A stretch of 40,000 bases of DNA, from the NCBI GenBank assembly GCA_964486935.1, contig CAZAPG010000007.1, positions 1-40,000 of the forward strand, given 5' to 3'. The DNA is from an uncultured Caldilineaceae bacterium (GTDB lineage: Bacteria > Chloroflexota > Anaerolineae > 4572-78 > J111). Made by a program: the position numbers and the translations under genes. The notes beneath the pieces were generated by a model. It saw nothing but the letters and a program-made list of their open reading frames with translations, ran no database searches and had not been told where the DNA came from. This document shows, piece after piece, positions 24,502-33,155 of the stretch (position 1 is its first letter; every line of letters begins with the position of its first letter).

Positions 24502-26123
24502 GCGTGTTGACCGTTCCGCCTTTTGATGAAAAATCGGCCTGGCCGACGTTGGGGCCGCAGGTGTGCGATTTCATCGAGTCGTTTCTGGTGTTTGGCCCGG
24601 GCGACCTGCGGGGGCAGCCGGCCATCATTGACGATGAAAAGCGGGCGCTCATTTACCGGATGTACGAGGTGTTTCCGTGCTCTCATCCGCAGGCCGGGCG
24701 CAGGCGCTTCAAGCGGGTTGGTATCTCGCTGCGCAAGGGGACGGCCAAAACGGAGTTAGCCGCGTGGCTGGCCGCGGTGGAGCTGCACCCGGAAGGGCCG
24801 GTAAGATGCGACGGGTTCGACGCCAATGGGCAGCCTATTGGGGTTGGGGTGCGCGACCCATACATTCCGATGGTAGCCTATACGGAGGAGCAGAGCGACG
24901 AACTGGCGTACAGCGCGCTGCGGGCGATTTTGGAGTACAGCGTGCTGGCCGGCGATTTCGACATTGGCCTGGAGCGGATTATGCGCGCGGGCGGCGACGG
25001 GAAGGCGGTCAGTCTCTCGACCTCGCCGGATGCCAGGGATGGGGCGCGGACCACGTTCCAGGTCTTCGATGAGACGCACCGATTTACCACGCCGAGGCTG
25101 CGGGCGGCGCACAAAACAATGTTGGCCAACATCCCTAAACGGCGATTGGCCGATGCCTGGAGCCTGGAAATTACGACCGCGCCGGCGCCGGGGGAGAACT
25201 CGGTGGCCGAGGACACGATGGATTACGCCCGGCAGGTAGCCGGCGGCGCTATCGAGGACAGCCGGTTATTCTTTTTCCACCGCCAGGCATCGGACGACCA
25301 CGATTTAAGCGCGCCGGAGGGGGTGCGAGCAGCGGTGGTCGAGGCGAGCGGGCCGGCGGCCGCGTGGAGCGATATCGACGGCATCTGCGAGCAATGGGCC
25401 GACCCGACCAGTGACAAATCCTATTTGGAGCGGGTCTGGCTCAATCGCCTGGTGCGCGGCAGCGAGCGCGCGTTTGATGTGGAGCGGTGGAAAGCGTTGG
25501 TCGACCTGGATTACCGGCCGCAGCCGAAAGCGTTGATTACCATCGGGTTTGATGGCGGGCGCTGGCACGACAGCACGGCAATTATCGGCACGGAGATTGT
25601 GACGGGCTTCCAATGGCTCATTGGCCTGTGGGAACAGCCAGAAAATATCGAGGGTTGGGAGACGCCGGCCGACGAGGTGGACCAGGCAATGGCCGGGGCG
25701 TTTGATGAATACGAGGTTTGGCGGGCCTACTGCGATCCACCATATTGGGAGACGGCTGTTGCAGAGTGGGCCGGGCGCTACGGCGAAAAACGAGTGCTTG
25801 AGTGGTGGACCAATCGGCCGAAGCAGGTGGCCTACGCCATCAAATCATTCAGCACGGCCATCGCCGGCGGCGAGCTGCTCCACGATGGCAACGAGCATTT
25901 CCGGCGGCACGTGGGCAATGCGGTGCGGAAATACCTCAAATTGCGCGATGAGGACGGCCAGCCGTTGTGGACCATCTACAAAGAGAGGCCGGATTCGCCG
26001 CACAAGATCGACGCGGCGATGGCGGCGATTCTGAGTTGGGAGGCGCGAAGCGACGCCCTGGCCGCCGGCGTTGCCCTGGTTAAATCGAGTGTTTACGAGC
26101 AGCGGGGTTTGATAACAGCATGA
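24498..26123 (+). CDS. terL: Terminase large subunit
   Basis: 541 aa. ATPase motifs SLRKGTAKTELAA and FQVFDETH. C-terminal nuclease-like ITIGFDGGRWHDSTAI. Confidence 0.9.
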   Translation: MSVLTVPPFDEKSAWPTLGPQVCDFIESFLVFGPGDLRGQPAIIDDEKRALIYRMYEVFPCSHPQAGRRRFKRVGISLRKGTAKTELAAWLAAVELHPEGPVRCDGFDANGQPIGVGVRDPYIPMVAYTEEQSDELAYSALRAILEYSVLAGDFDIGLERIMRAGGDGKAVSLSTSPDARDGARTTFQVFDETHRFTTPRLRAAHKTMLANIPKRRLADAWSLEITTAPAPGENSVAEDTMDYARQVAGGAIEDSRLFFFHRQASDDHDLSAPEGVRAAVVEASGPAAAWSDIDGICEQWADPTSDKSYLERVWLNRLVRGSERAFDVERWKALVDLDYRPQPKALITIGFDGGRWHDSTAIIGTEIVTGFQWLIGLWEQPENIEGWETPADEVDQAMAGAFDEYEVWRAYCDPPYWETAVAEWAGRYGEKRVLEWWTNRPKQVAYAIKSFSTAIAGGELLHDGNEHFRRHVGNAVRKYLKLRDEDGQPLWTIYKERPDSPHKIDAAMAAILSWEARSDALAAGVALVKSSVYEQRGLITA

Positions 26124-26341
26124 AATTTTTGGGATGGACCCGGCCATATCCTGAGTTGAAGCCGGCAATTATAAATTTGAAATCCGGCACATCGTTCCGG
26201 GGGGTAGTCTGGCGAGTCAAGCGGCCATTCCTGGTCGTTCGGAACGCAGAGATTTTGAGCCAGGCCGACAAAAAATTGACGCCGGTCAGGGGCGAGGTAG
26301 TGGTGTTGCTAGAGCACGTGGATTTCGTCCAGGTGATATGA
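26120..26341 (+). CDS. Small protein between terL and portal (73 aa)
   Basis: Overlapping stop/start codons on both sides. Position is analogous to gpW-type head-tail joining genes, but no motif was recognised. Confidence 0.55.
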   Translation: MKFLGWTRPYPELKPAIINLKSGTSFRGVVWRVKRPFLVVRNAEILSQADKKLTPVRGEVVVLLEHVDFVQVI

Positions 26342-28275
26342 TGGCATTTGTGCAAACGCCCAACGGCCTGGAGATGGTGCAGCCCTGGTGGTCGCCCGGC
26401 CCGCTGCGGACCGGCATCCGGCTGTATGATAAATTCAATTACGATTACGCCACGCTGTACCGCACGCAGCCGAACATGCGGGTTTGCGTTGATTTTTTGG
26501 CCAGGAATATCGCCCAATTGGGCCTGCATGCGTTCCGGCGCGTGTCTGACATTGACCGCGAGCGGTTGACCGACCATCCCTTGCCACAGCTGTTGAGCAG
26601 GCCGTTGCCGGTCCAACTAAAAATGACGCGCTTCCGGCTGATCAACGCGCTGGTGAGCGATCTTGGCATCTATTTCAACGCCTACTGGCTCAAAATCAGG
26701 CGGGGTGGGCAGCTGGGGCTGTTACGGATACCGCCAATTTATGTGACGCCCTACGGCAACCTGGCGCCGATGGAGTACGAAGTGACCATTGGCGGCCGGA
26801 CGAGACGATTTGGGCCGGATGAAATCATTCATTTCTGGGGGTATAACCCGGAAAATCCTATTAGCGGCCTGGCCCCGGCGGAGACATTGCGCCGCATCCT
26901 GGCCGAGGAGCACGCGGCCGGCAACTACCGCGAGGGCTTTTGGCAAAATGCAGCCCGGATTGCCGGGGTGGTCGAGCGCCCGGCGGAAGCGCCGGAGTGG
27001 AGCGAAACGGCCAGGGAACGGTTCAAGGCCGAATTTGAAGAGCTGTATTCCGGGGAGGCGAATAGCGGCAAAACGGCTGTCCTGGAAGAAGGGATGAAAT
27101 GGCGGCCTAACACATTCACCCCCCAGGAAAGCGAATACCTGGGCGGGCGAAAATTGACCCGGGAGGAGTGCGCCAGGGCGTATCATATCCCGCCGCCGCT
27201 CGTTGGCATTTTGGACCACGCCACCTTTAGCAATATCCGGGAGCAGCACAAAAACCTGTACCAGGACACCCTGGGGCCGTGGCTGGTGATGATCGAACAG
27301 GACATCGAACTGCAACTCCTAACGGAGTTTGAGGATAGCGATGATGTTTATCTCGAATTCAACATCGCCGAAAAACTCAAGGGCGATTTTGAGGAGCAAG
27401 CCAAGGCGTTGCAATCGGCCGTGGGCCGGCCCTGGTTAACGGCCAACGAGGCCAGGGCGATGATGAACAAGCCCAGCCGGACCGGCGACGCCGACGAGCT
27501 GGTGACGCCGTTGAACGTGCTGGTTGGCGGGCAGGCGTCGCCGCGCGATAGCGCGCCGGAGCAGCGCGGCCGGGAAATGTTTGCCCGCAAACAGGCAACA
27601 AAAGGGTTTGATAGCCACGCGCCCAGGCTGCGGGAGCGACACCAACAGAAGTGGGCGGAGACGCTATCGCGGCACTACCGGCGGCAGGAGGCGGCCATTG
27701 TGAGCCGCGTGCCGGCCGGCGGCGTAGGAGGAAAATCGGACATTGGCGGGGTCTGGTGGGATGACGACCGCTGGAATAGCGAGTTATCGGCCGACCTGTT
27801 CCGCCTGAACCGGTTGACGGCTGTGGCCTGGGCCGAACGGCTGGCTGAACAAATGGAAATCGAGATATCCGAGGAGGCGATGTTGCCCTGGCTGCAAGAG
27901 CACTCGCGCATCCAGGCTGAAAACATCAACGAGCAAACCCGCGAGGCCGTGGCCGGGGCGCTGCAAGAGCCGGAGCCGCTGGAGGCGGTGAAGAACATTT
28001 TTAGCCAGGCGCTTACCGCGTGGGCTACGCGCCAGGCCGTGAGCGCCGTAACCACGGCGATTAGTTTTGGGGCCAACGAGGCGGCCCGGGCCGGCGGCCT
28101 GAGCCAAAAAACCTGGCGAGTCAACAGCAGCAACCCCCGCGACGGGCACGCCGCGCTAAACGGGGAGACGGTTGGCATCCGGGATTTATTTAGCAACAGA
28201 ATGCGCTGGCCCGGCGACCCGGCCGGCGGCGCGGAGAACGTGGCCAATTGTCAGTGTAGTGTGGAATTTTCGTAA
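26338..28275 (+). CDS. Portal protein (HK97 family) fused to a C-terminal Mu F / SPP1 gp7-like minor-head domain
   Basis: Portal core covers roughly aa 1-420 (YLGGRKLTREECARAYHIPPPLVGI). The C-terminal ~200 aa end in NPRDGHAALNGETV...WPGDP...NCQCS, typical of MuF-like domains. Confidence 0.9.
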   Translation: MMAFVQTPNGLEMVQPWWSPGPLRTGIRLYDKFNYDYATLYRTQPNMRVCVDFLARNIAQLGLHAFRRVSDIDRERLTDHPLPQLLSRPLPVQLKMTRFRLINALVSDLGIYFNAYWLKIRRGGQLGLLRIPPIYVTPYGNLAPMEYEVTIGGRTRRFGPDEIIHFWGYNPENPISGLAPAETLRRILAEEHAAGNYREGFWQNAARIAGVVERPAEAPEWSETARERFKAEFEELYSGEANSGKTAVLEEGMKWRPNTFTPQESEYLGGRKLTREECARAYHIPPPLVGILDHATFSNIREQHKNLYQDTLGPWLVMIEQDIELQLLTEFEDSDDVYLEFNIAEKLKGDFEEQAKALQSAVGRPWLTANEARAMMNKPSRTGDADELVTPLNVLVGGQASPRDSAPEQRGREMFARKQATKGFDSHAPRLRERHQQKWAETLSRHYRRQEAAIVSRVPAGGVGGKSDIGGVWWDDDRWNSELSADLFRLNRLTAVAWAERLAEQMEIEISEEAMLPWLQEHSRIQAENINEQTREAVAGALQEPEPLEAVKNIFSQALTAWATRQAVSAVTTAISFGANEAARAGGLSQKTWRVNSSNPRDGHAALNGETVGIRDLFSNRMRWPGDPAGGAENVANCQCSVEFS

Positions 28276-28285
28276 GGAGCGAGAC

Positions 28286-28894
28286 ATGAAACGAAAAACA
28301 TTTACCGCGCCATTGGAGTTAAAAGCGGAAGGAGACGGGGAGCGAGGCGAGTTCAAGGCGGTCTTTGCCACGCTTAACGTGGTAGACCACCACGGCGATG
28401 TGACCATGCCCGGCGCGTTTGAGAAGCAGGAAGTTGTTGTTGAGCCGTGGAACCACGACTGGACGCTGCCGGCCGGCAAGGGCGTCATCAAAGCCGATGA
28501 TTCGGAAGCCTGGATAGAGGGGCAATTTTTTTTGGACACCAACGCGGGCCGGGAGAATTACCAGACGGTGAAAAATCTGGGGGCGCTGGCGGAGTGGTCT
28601 TACACTTTTGATATCATCGAGGCCGACCGGGGCCAACACGCGGGCGAAGAGGTGCGATTTTTGAAAAAAATGGACGTGGTTGGCGTAGGGCCGGTGACGC
28701 GCGGCGCGGGTATTGATACCCGCACGGTGGCGATTAAATCGCAGCAGGATTTAAAAAATGCGGACGACAAGGGAGGCGAGGCTGAAAGCGCCGAAACCGG
28801 CGATGACGGTAAGCCCGGCGGGATCGGGCCGCAGGTTGTTTTAGCTCAAATTGAACTTATTGAATTGGAGGCGGAGGATGCCATTAGACATTAA
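28286..28894 (+). CDS. HK97-family prohead protease
   Basis: GEFKAVFATLNVVDHHGDVTMPGAF. AAGGAG lies upstream of ATG 28286. Located between portal and capsid. Confidence 0.85.
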   Translation: MKRKTFTAPLELKAEGDGERGEFKAVFATLNVVDHHGDVTMPGAFEKQEVVVEPWNHDWTLPAGKGVIKADDSEAWIEGQFFLDTNAGRENYQTVKNLGALAEWSYTFDIIEADRGQHAGEEVRFLKKMDVVGVGPVTRGAGIDTRTVAIKSQQDLKNADDKGGEAESAETGDDGKPGGIGPQVVLAQIELIELEAEDAIRH

Positions 28895-30182
28895 CAAAAC
28901 CAAAGAAGAAATGCAGGATGCGCTGACCAAGGCGCGAGATATAGTTGATTTGACCGAGCAAGAGCAGCGCGATTTTACCGACGATGAGCGGAAATCGGTG
29001 GGCGACCTGCTCAAAACCGCGCGCGAGAAAAAGAAGCTGCTGGAGCAGGCCAAGGCGGACGATGAAATCCGCCGGGCGGTGAATGAACTCGGCGAGGGGA
29101 TTGAACTGAATGAGGCTGGACAGCAGGGAGAGGGCAAGCAACAACGGCGCAAAACGCTGGGCGAGCGGTTTACCACGGCCGACGCCTGGGTAGCCTGGCT
29201 GAAGCAGAACACCTCCGGGGGCGTTATCCCCGACAGCCGCAAGGGGATCACCTCGCCGCCGCTTGAGGTTAAGGATTTTGGCCTGTTCGGGCGCAAAGAG
29301 CTATTGACCGGCGTATCCGATGTAAGCGCCGGGGCGCTGGTAGAGAGCGACCGGACCGGCATTTATGAGCCTCTGGGCCGCTACCCGCTGACCATCCGCG
29401 ACCTGATTAGCGTGCGCCAGACCACGAGCGACACGGTGGAGTTTGTGCGCCAGACCCAGCAGGTGACCCAGGCCGCGCCGACCCCGGAGGCCAATGTGAC
29501 CACGCCGAGCGGGGCCACCGGCGAAATTAGCGGCGAGAAGCCGGAAGCGACGATGCGCTTTGAGCGGGTGACCGAGCCGGTCAAAACCATTGCGGTCTGG
29601 ATACCGGCCACCAAGCGCGCCCTGAGCGACGCGGCCCAGCTGCGCGGCCTGATTGATATGGAGCTGCGCGACGACCTGGCCGAGGAGCTGGAGGACCAGA
29701 TTTTGAACGGCGACGGTGTTGGCGAGAACTTTACCGGCCTGGCTAGCGTGGCCAACACGCTGGCGCAAGCCTTTGTAACGGATATTCCGACCACCACCCG
29801 CAAGGCGTTGACCCACCTGCTGGTCACCGGCAAGCAGATACCCACCGCCTGGATGCTCAATCCGGTAGACTGGGAAGCGGTTGACCTGTTAAAAGATGAC
29901 CAGGGGCGCTACTACTGGGGCGGGCCAATGGCTATGGGAACGCGCACCCTGTGGTCGTCTCCCGTGGCCCAGGGGTTTTTCCAGACCCAGGGCGCGGGCT
30001 GGCTGGCTAACTGGCGAAAGGCGGTGCTGTGGGATCGCGAGCAAGCGACGGTCAGCGTGACGGACAGCCACAGCGACTTCTTCATCCGCAATATGGTGGC
30101 CATCCTGGCCGAGATGCGGGCCGCCTTCGGCGTGATCCGGCCTAGCGCGTTTGTTGAAGTGGACCTAGAAGCGGGCAGTTAG
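28878..30182 (+). CDS. HK97-fold major capsid protein with an N-terminal coiled-coil delta domain
   Basis: GGAGG lies upstream of ATG 28878. Charged helical N-terminus, then VKTIAVWIPATKRALSDAAQLRGLID and ILNGDG. Confidence 0.9.
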   Translation: MPLDINKTKEEMQDALTKARDIVDLTEQEQRDFTDDERKSVGDLLKTAREKKKLLEQAKADDEIRRAVNELGEGIELNEAGQQGEGKQQRRKTLGERFTTADAWVAWLKQNTSGGVIPDSRKGITSPPLEVKDFGLFGRKELLTGVSDVSAGALVESDRTGIYEPLGRYPLTIRDLISVRQTTSDTVEFVRQTQQVTQAAPTPEANVTTPSGATGEISGEKPEATMRFERVTEPVKTIAVWIPATKRALSDAAQLRGLIDMELRDDLAEELEDQILNGDGVGENFTGLASVANTLAQAFVTDIPTTTRKALTHLLVTGKQIPTAWMLNPVDWEAVDLLKDDQGRYYWGGPMAMGTRTLWSSPVAQGFFQTQGAGWLANWRKAVLWDREQATVSVTDSHSDFFIRNMVAILAEMRAAFGVIRPSAFVEVDLEAGS

Positions 30183-30189
30183 GTTGTAG

Positions 30190-31083
30190 ATGGGCCTGGC
30201 CGTCAATGTTTTATGCCGGAATTTGAATGATGACCGCGTGATTCCGCGTTTCAGCCGGTATCTGCGGGATCATCTGGGCTGGCAATTGACGACCAGGCCG
30301 GACACAGCGGCGGATGCTTATTATCTATCCGGGTATTTTGAATGGCCGGTGATGAGAAAGGGCATGGCGGATCGGCCAGTGGCGGCTTACTTTACGCACA
30401 TCGAGGAGGAGCCGCCGGGCAACAGCAAGGCCAGGCTGTTTCACAGCGTGGCCGGGCTGGTCGATCTTCGGATTGCGACGGCGGCGATGTATGCCGGGCC
30501 GCTGGCGGAGTACGGACCGACGGCGCAGATCAACCCACCGGTGGAGCGACGCAGGTTTGCCCTCACCCCCGGCCCCTCTCCCGTTCACGGGAGAGGGGGG
30601 AAGCTGGTGGCCGGCTTCAGCGGGTACACGTATGGCAACGGGCGCAAGGGCGAAGGTATGGCCCGGGTGTTGGTGCGGGCGCAGCCGGATTTGGAATGGC
30701 GGGCCTCGGGCCGGGGCTGGCCGGCGCCGACCAGAATGTACAAATGGGCAGAGATGCCGGCGTTCTACCAATCGCTGGACATTTTGATTGTGACCGCGAC
30801 GGTGGAAGGCGTCCCTATGCCGCCGCTGGAGGCCCTGGCTTGCGGGGTGTCGCTGGTAATCCCGAGGGGGGTGGGGCTGCTGGATGAATTGCCTGAGCTG
30901 GCGGGCATCCACCGCTACCGGCGCGGCGACGCCGGGGATTGCGTCCGGGCGTTGTTTGAGGCGACGCAGACGCGCGCTCACGTGGATCGGGAGGCGCTGC
31001 GGGCCGCAACCGAGCCGTACAGCATTTTGGCCTGGTGCGAGCAGCACCGGCAGGCGTTTGAAGAAATTATCTTTTGGAATTAA
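30190..31083 (+). CDS. GT-B-fold glycosyltransferase (family-1-like)
   Basis: C-terminal Rossmann half with DILIVTATVEGVPMPPLEALACGVSLVIP (E-x7-E). Starts 8 nt after the capsid stop. Confidence 0.7.
   Translation: MGLAVNVLCRNLNDDRVIPRFSRYLRDHLGWQLTTRPDTAADAYYLSGYFEWPVMRKGMADRPVAAYFTHIEEEPPGNSKARLFHSVAGLVDLRIATAAMYAGPLAEYGPTAQINPPVERRRFALTPGPSPVHGRGGKLVAGFSGYTYGNGRKGEGMARVLVRAQPDLEWRASGRGWPAPTRMYKWAEMPAFYQSLDILIVTATVEGVPMPPLEALACGVSLVIPRGVGLLDELPELAGIHRYRRGDAGDCVRALFEATQTRAHVDREALRAATEPYSILAWCEQHRQAFEEIIFWN
30573..30598. repeat. Perfect 11-bp/4-nt-loop hairpin element inside the GT-B gene
   Basis: CCCCTCTCCCG-TTCA-CGGGAGAGGGG. Translated as PSPVHGRGG at the inter-domain linker. Confidence 0.9.
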
Positions 31084-31100
31084 AAAGGGAGGGTGGACGG

Positions 31101-31322
31101 ATGGTCCGCGCAAAATTTACGGTAACTGCGATTACAAATCATTTGTATGGTGGCACTGAAATCGAAGCGAAGCCGCAGTATGATGAAAGCATCCCTGAAG
31201 ACCAGCGTTTTCAGGAGGCCACACCCACGGGTGAGTTAAAAATGTTTGTGTCAAATCCCGCCGCTTTAGCTGAATTTGAGCTGGGCAAGGATTTTTATTT
31301 AGATTTTACGCCAGTCAAATGA
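31101..31322 (+). CDS. Small hypothetical protein (73 aa)
   Basis: GGGAGGG lies upstream of ATG 31101. MVRAKFTVTAI... Confidence 0.55.
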   Translation: MVRAKFTVTAITNHLYGGTEIEAKPQYDESIPEDQRFQEATPTGELKMFVSNPAALAEFELGKDFYLDFTPVK

Positions 31323-32062
31323 AACGAGGGATTTACTGCGTGGCTTTCGGCGAGCCGGCGCGCCGATGCGCCCGGCGGATGATGGAAACGGCGAAGGAAT
31401 GGCTGCCGGAAATCCCGATTTGCCTGGCGGGGGCCAAGCCGATTGGCCTTGAAGATGTCTTCATCGAGCAGCCGGACAGCGACGTGGGCGGGCGGCGGGC
31501 CAAGCTGCGGGCCTACGAGCTGGCCCCGGCCGAGTGGCAAGCGGTGCTCTATCTTGATGTGGACACCGAGGTTTGCGGCGATATCCGGTTTTATTTTCAG
31601 CTCATCGAGGATGGTTGGGAGTTTGTGATTGCCAAAGACCCGCATTTGATGGACACGATGCACTCGTTCCAGCGGCACAACAACCTGGCTGAATTACGAG
31701 AAACAGAAAGGGAAATCCTCACCCTGCACACCCTCCAGTTTAACGGCGGGGTGTGGGCCTTTGGCCGCAACGAGCGGGTGGCGGCGTTTTTTGAGCGGTG
31801 GCAGCGCGAGTGGGAGAAGCACGCTCAACGCGACCAGGGGGCGCTCATCCGGGCCATGTACGCCGACCCGCTGAGGGTTTACGTGCTGGGCAACGAGTGG
31901 AATACGTTTGAGAAATATTCCAAAGGCATCGAGACGGCCGGGCTGCGGCATTATCCGGGCCGGGCGCGGCGCTGGAAGGGTTTAATCCCGGGGCGGATTG
32001 ACAGCCAGATAGCCTGGCAAAGAGTCAAAGTATTTGAGCAACAAACAAAAGGCAGGCGATGA
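31319..32062 (+). CDS. GT-A-fold (GT8-like) nucleotide-sugar glycosyltransferase
   Basis: DxD motif in AVLYLDVDTEV. N-terminal RGIYCVAFGE beta-strand. ATGA overlap with the upstream gene. Confidence 0.65.
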   Translation: MKRGIYCVAFGEPARRCARRMMETAKEWLPEIPICLAGAKPIGLEDVFIEQPDSDVGGRRAKLRAYELAPAEWQAVLYLDVDTEVCGDIRFYFQLIEDGWEFVIAKDPHLMDTMHSFQRHNNLAELRETEREILTLHTLQFNGGVWAFGRNERVAAFFERWQREWEKHAQRDQGALIRAMYADPLRVYVLGNEWNTFEKYSKGIETAGLRHYPGRARRWKGLIPGRIDSQIAWQRVKVFEQQTKGRR

Positions 32063-32511
32063 AAACTCTTAACCTGGGAGCGGGCAATAAACCCCTAAAG
32101 GACGCGATCAACCACGACCGCATAAAACACCGGCCCGAGATAAAAACGGCGCACGACCTGAATGTGTTGCCCTGGCCGTGGCCGGACAGCTCTTTTGACC
32201 GGATTATTGCTCATTCCGTGTTTGAGCATCTGGATATTGACCTGGTGCAGGCGCTGGATGAGTGTTGGCGTATTTTGCGTCCGGGCGGCTCATTGCAGGT
32301 GAAAGTGCCGCACTGGCAACATGACAACGCCTACGCCGACCCCACTCATCGCTGGCGCTATAGCCTGCGCTCGTTTGACGTATTCCTGCCCAAGACGGCG
32401 CTGGGCCGGGAGCACAGCTTTTATACGGAGCGCAAATGGCAACTCTTGAAGGGGCCGCAATTGAACAAGGCAAAGTCATCGATGTTTGTAACGCTGAGGC
32501 CAATTAAATGA
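32059..32511 (+). CDS. Class I SAM-dependent methyltransferase
   Basis: Motif I LNLGAGN, FDRIIAHSVFEHL, ILRPGGSL. ATGA overlaps on both sides. Confidence 0.75.
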   Translation: MKTLNLGAGNKPLKDAINHDRIKHRPEIKTAHDLNVLPWPWPDSSFDRIIAHSVFEHLDIDLVQALDECWRILRPGGSLQVKVPHWQHDNAYADPTHRWRYSLRSFDVFLPKTALGREHSFYTERKWQLLKGPQLNKAKSSMFVTLRPIK

Positions 32512-33155
32512 GCAGAGGAATTGTGTTACTAGGCGGCAAGGATGCGGCCATTCAGGGCCGGGGCAAAAAGGCCGGGTTGCCGGTGATGGTTTCTGGCTCA
32601 TATGAAATCCCCTTTGAAAAGACCCTATTTGTCGAGCCGGGCACGCGCGTTCCCTGGGGGCTGCTGCCGGCCGCCTGGCATTTTCTGGACAAATGGGATG
32701 CGTCCGTTCCGCTGTGGCGCTACGGAACCACAGCGGCGGATGTAGGCATAGCCGAAGAGCGGGCCGCGACGCAGGCCATTGCGCGCGATTTGCGGGTGCT
32801 GCTGCACGCGGTCGAACTGTTGTTTGTACGCAAAAATGAGGACGGGGCGGCTCTGGTTAAACGCTGGAGCGAGGAGCGCGCCGGGGGCGGAGACAAGCGA
32901 TTGGCTTTTTTGCGGGCGCTATACCAGGTGAAGCCGAGGTTGTGTGTGCTGCCCACCTCCTGGCTGGCAAGTAACGTTGCGGGCAGGTTGGCAAGTAACA
33001 TCGCGAATATGAAGGTAACGGAGCATGGCCGTGGCGTGTCGAAGGGGGGGCCGCTGGTGCGGGTGGAGTTAGAGCCGGGCCGGTATGTAAAGTGTCACGC
33101 CGGCGATGAAGAGCGAGTGCTGGCGCATTTCAGGCGACAGAAGGAGGTTGGATAG
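32508..33155 (+). CDS. Diverged paralogue of the GT-A gene that lacks the DxD motif
   Basis: KTLFVEPGTRV aligns with AVLYLDVDTEV. LLFVRKNEDGAALVKRWSEE...LAFLRALYQVKPRLCVLPTSW aligns with VWAFGRNERVAAFFERWQRE...GALIRAMYADPLRVYVLGNEW at similar spacing. Confidence 0.55.
   Translation: MSRGIVLLGGKDAAIQGRGKKAGLPVMVSGSYEIPFEKTLFVEPGTRVPWGLLPAAWHFLDKWDASVPLWRYGTTAADVGIAEERAATQAIARDLRVLLHAVELLFVRKNEDGAALVKRWSEERAGGGDKRLAFLRALYQVKPRLCVLPTSWLASNVAGRLASNIANMKVTEHGRGVSKGGPLVRVELEPGRYVKCHAGDEERVLAHFRRQKEVG
33041..33098. repeat. Direct repeat copy 1 (about 55 nt), encodes GPLVRVELEPGRYVKCH
   Basis: About 80% identical to 33211..33265 by eye. Confidence 0.75.

Noticed and set aside
30325-31113. 262-aa minus-strand ORF and the 181-aa/104-aa alternative plus-frame ORFs (30342..30887, 30473..30787)
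   Set aside because: All overlap the GT-B gene, which has a clear E-x7-E motif. Their translations are Arg/Gly/Pro-rich shadow frames.
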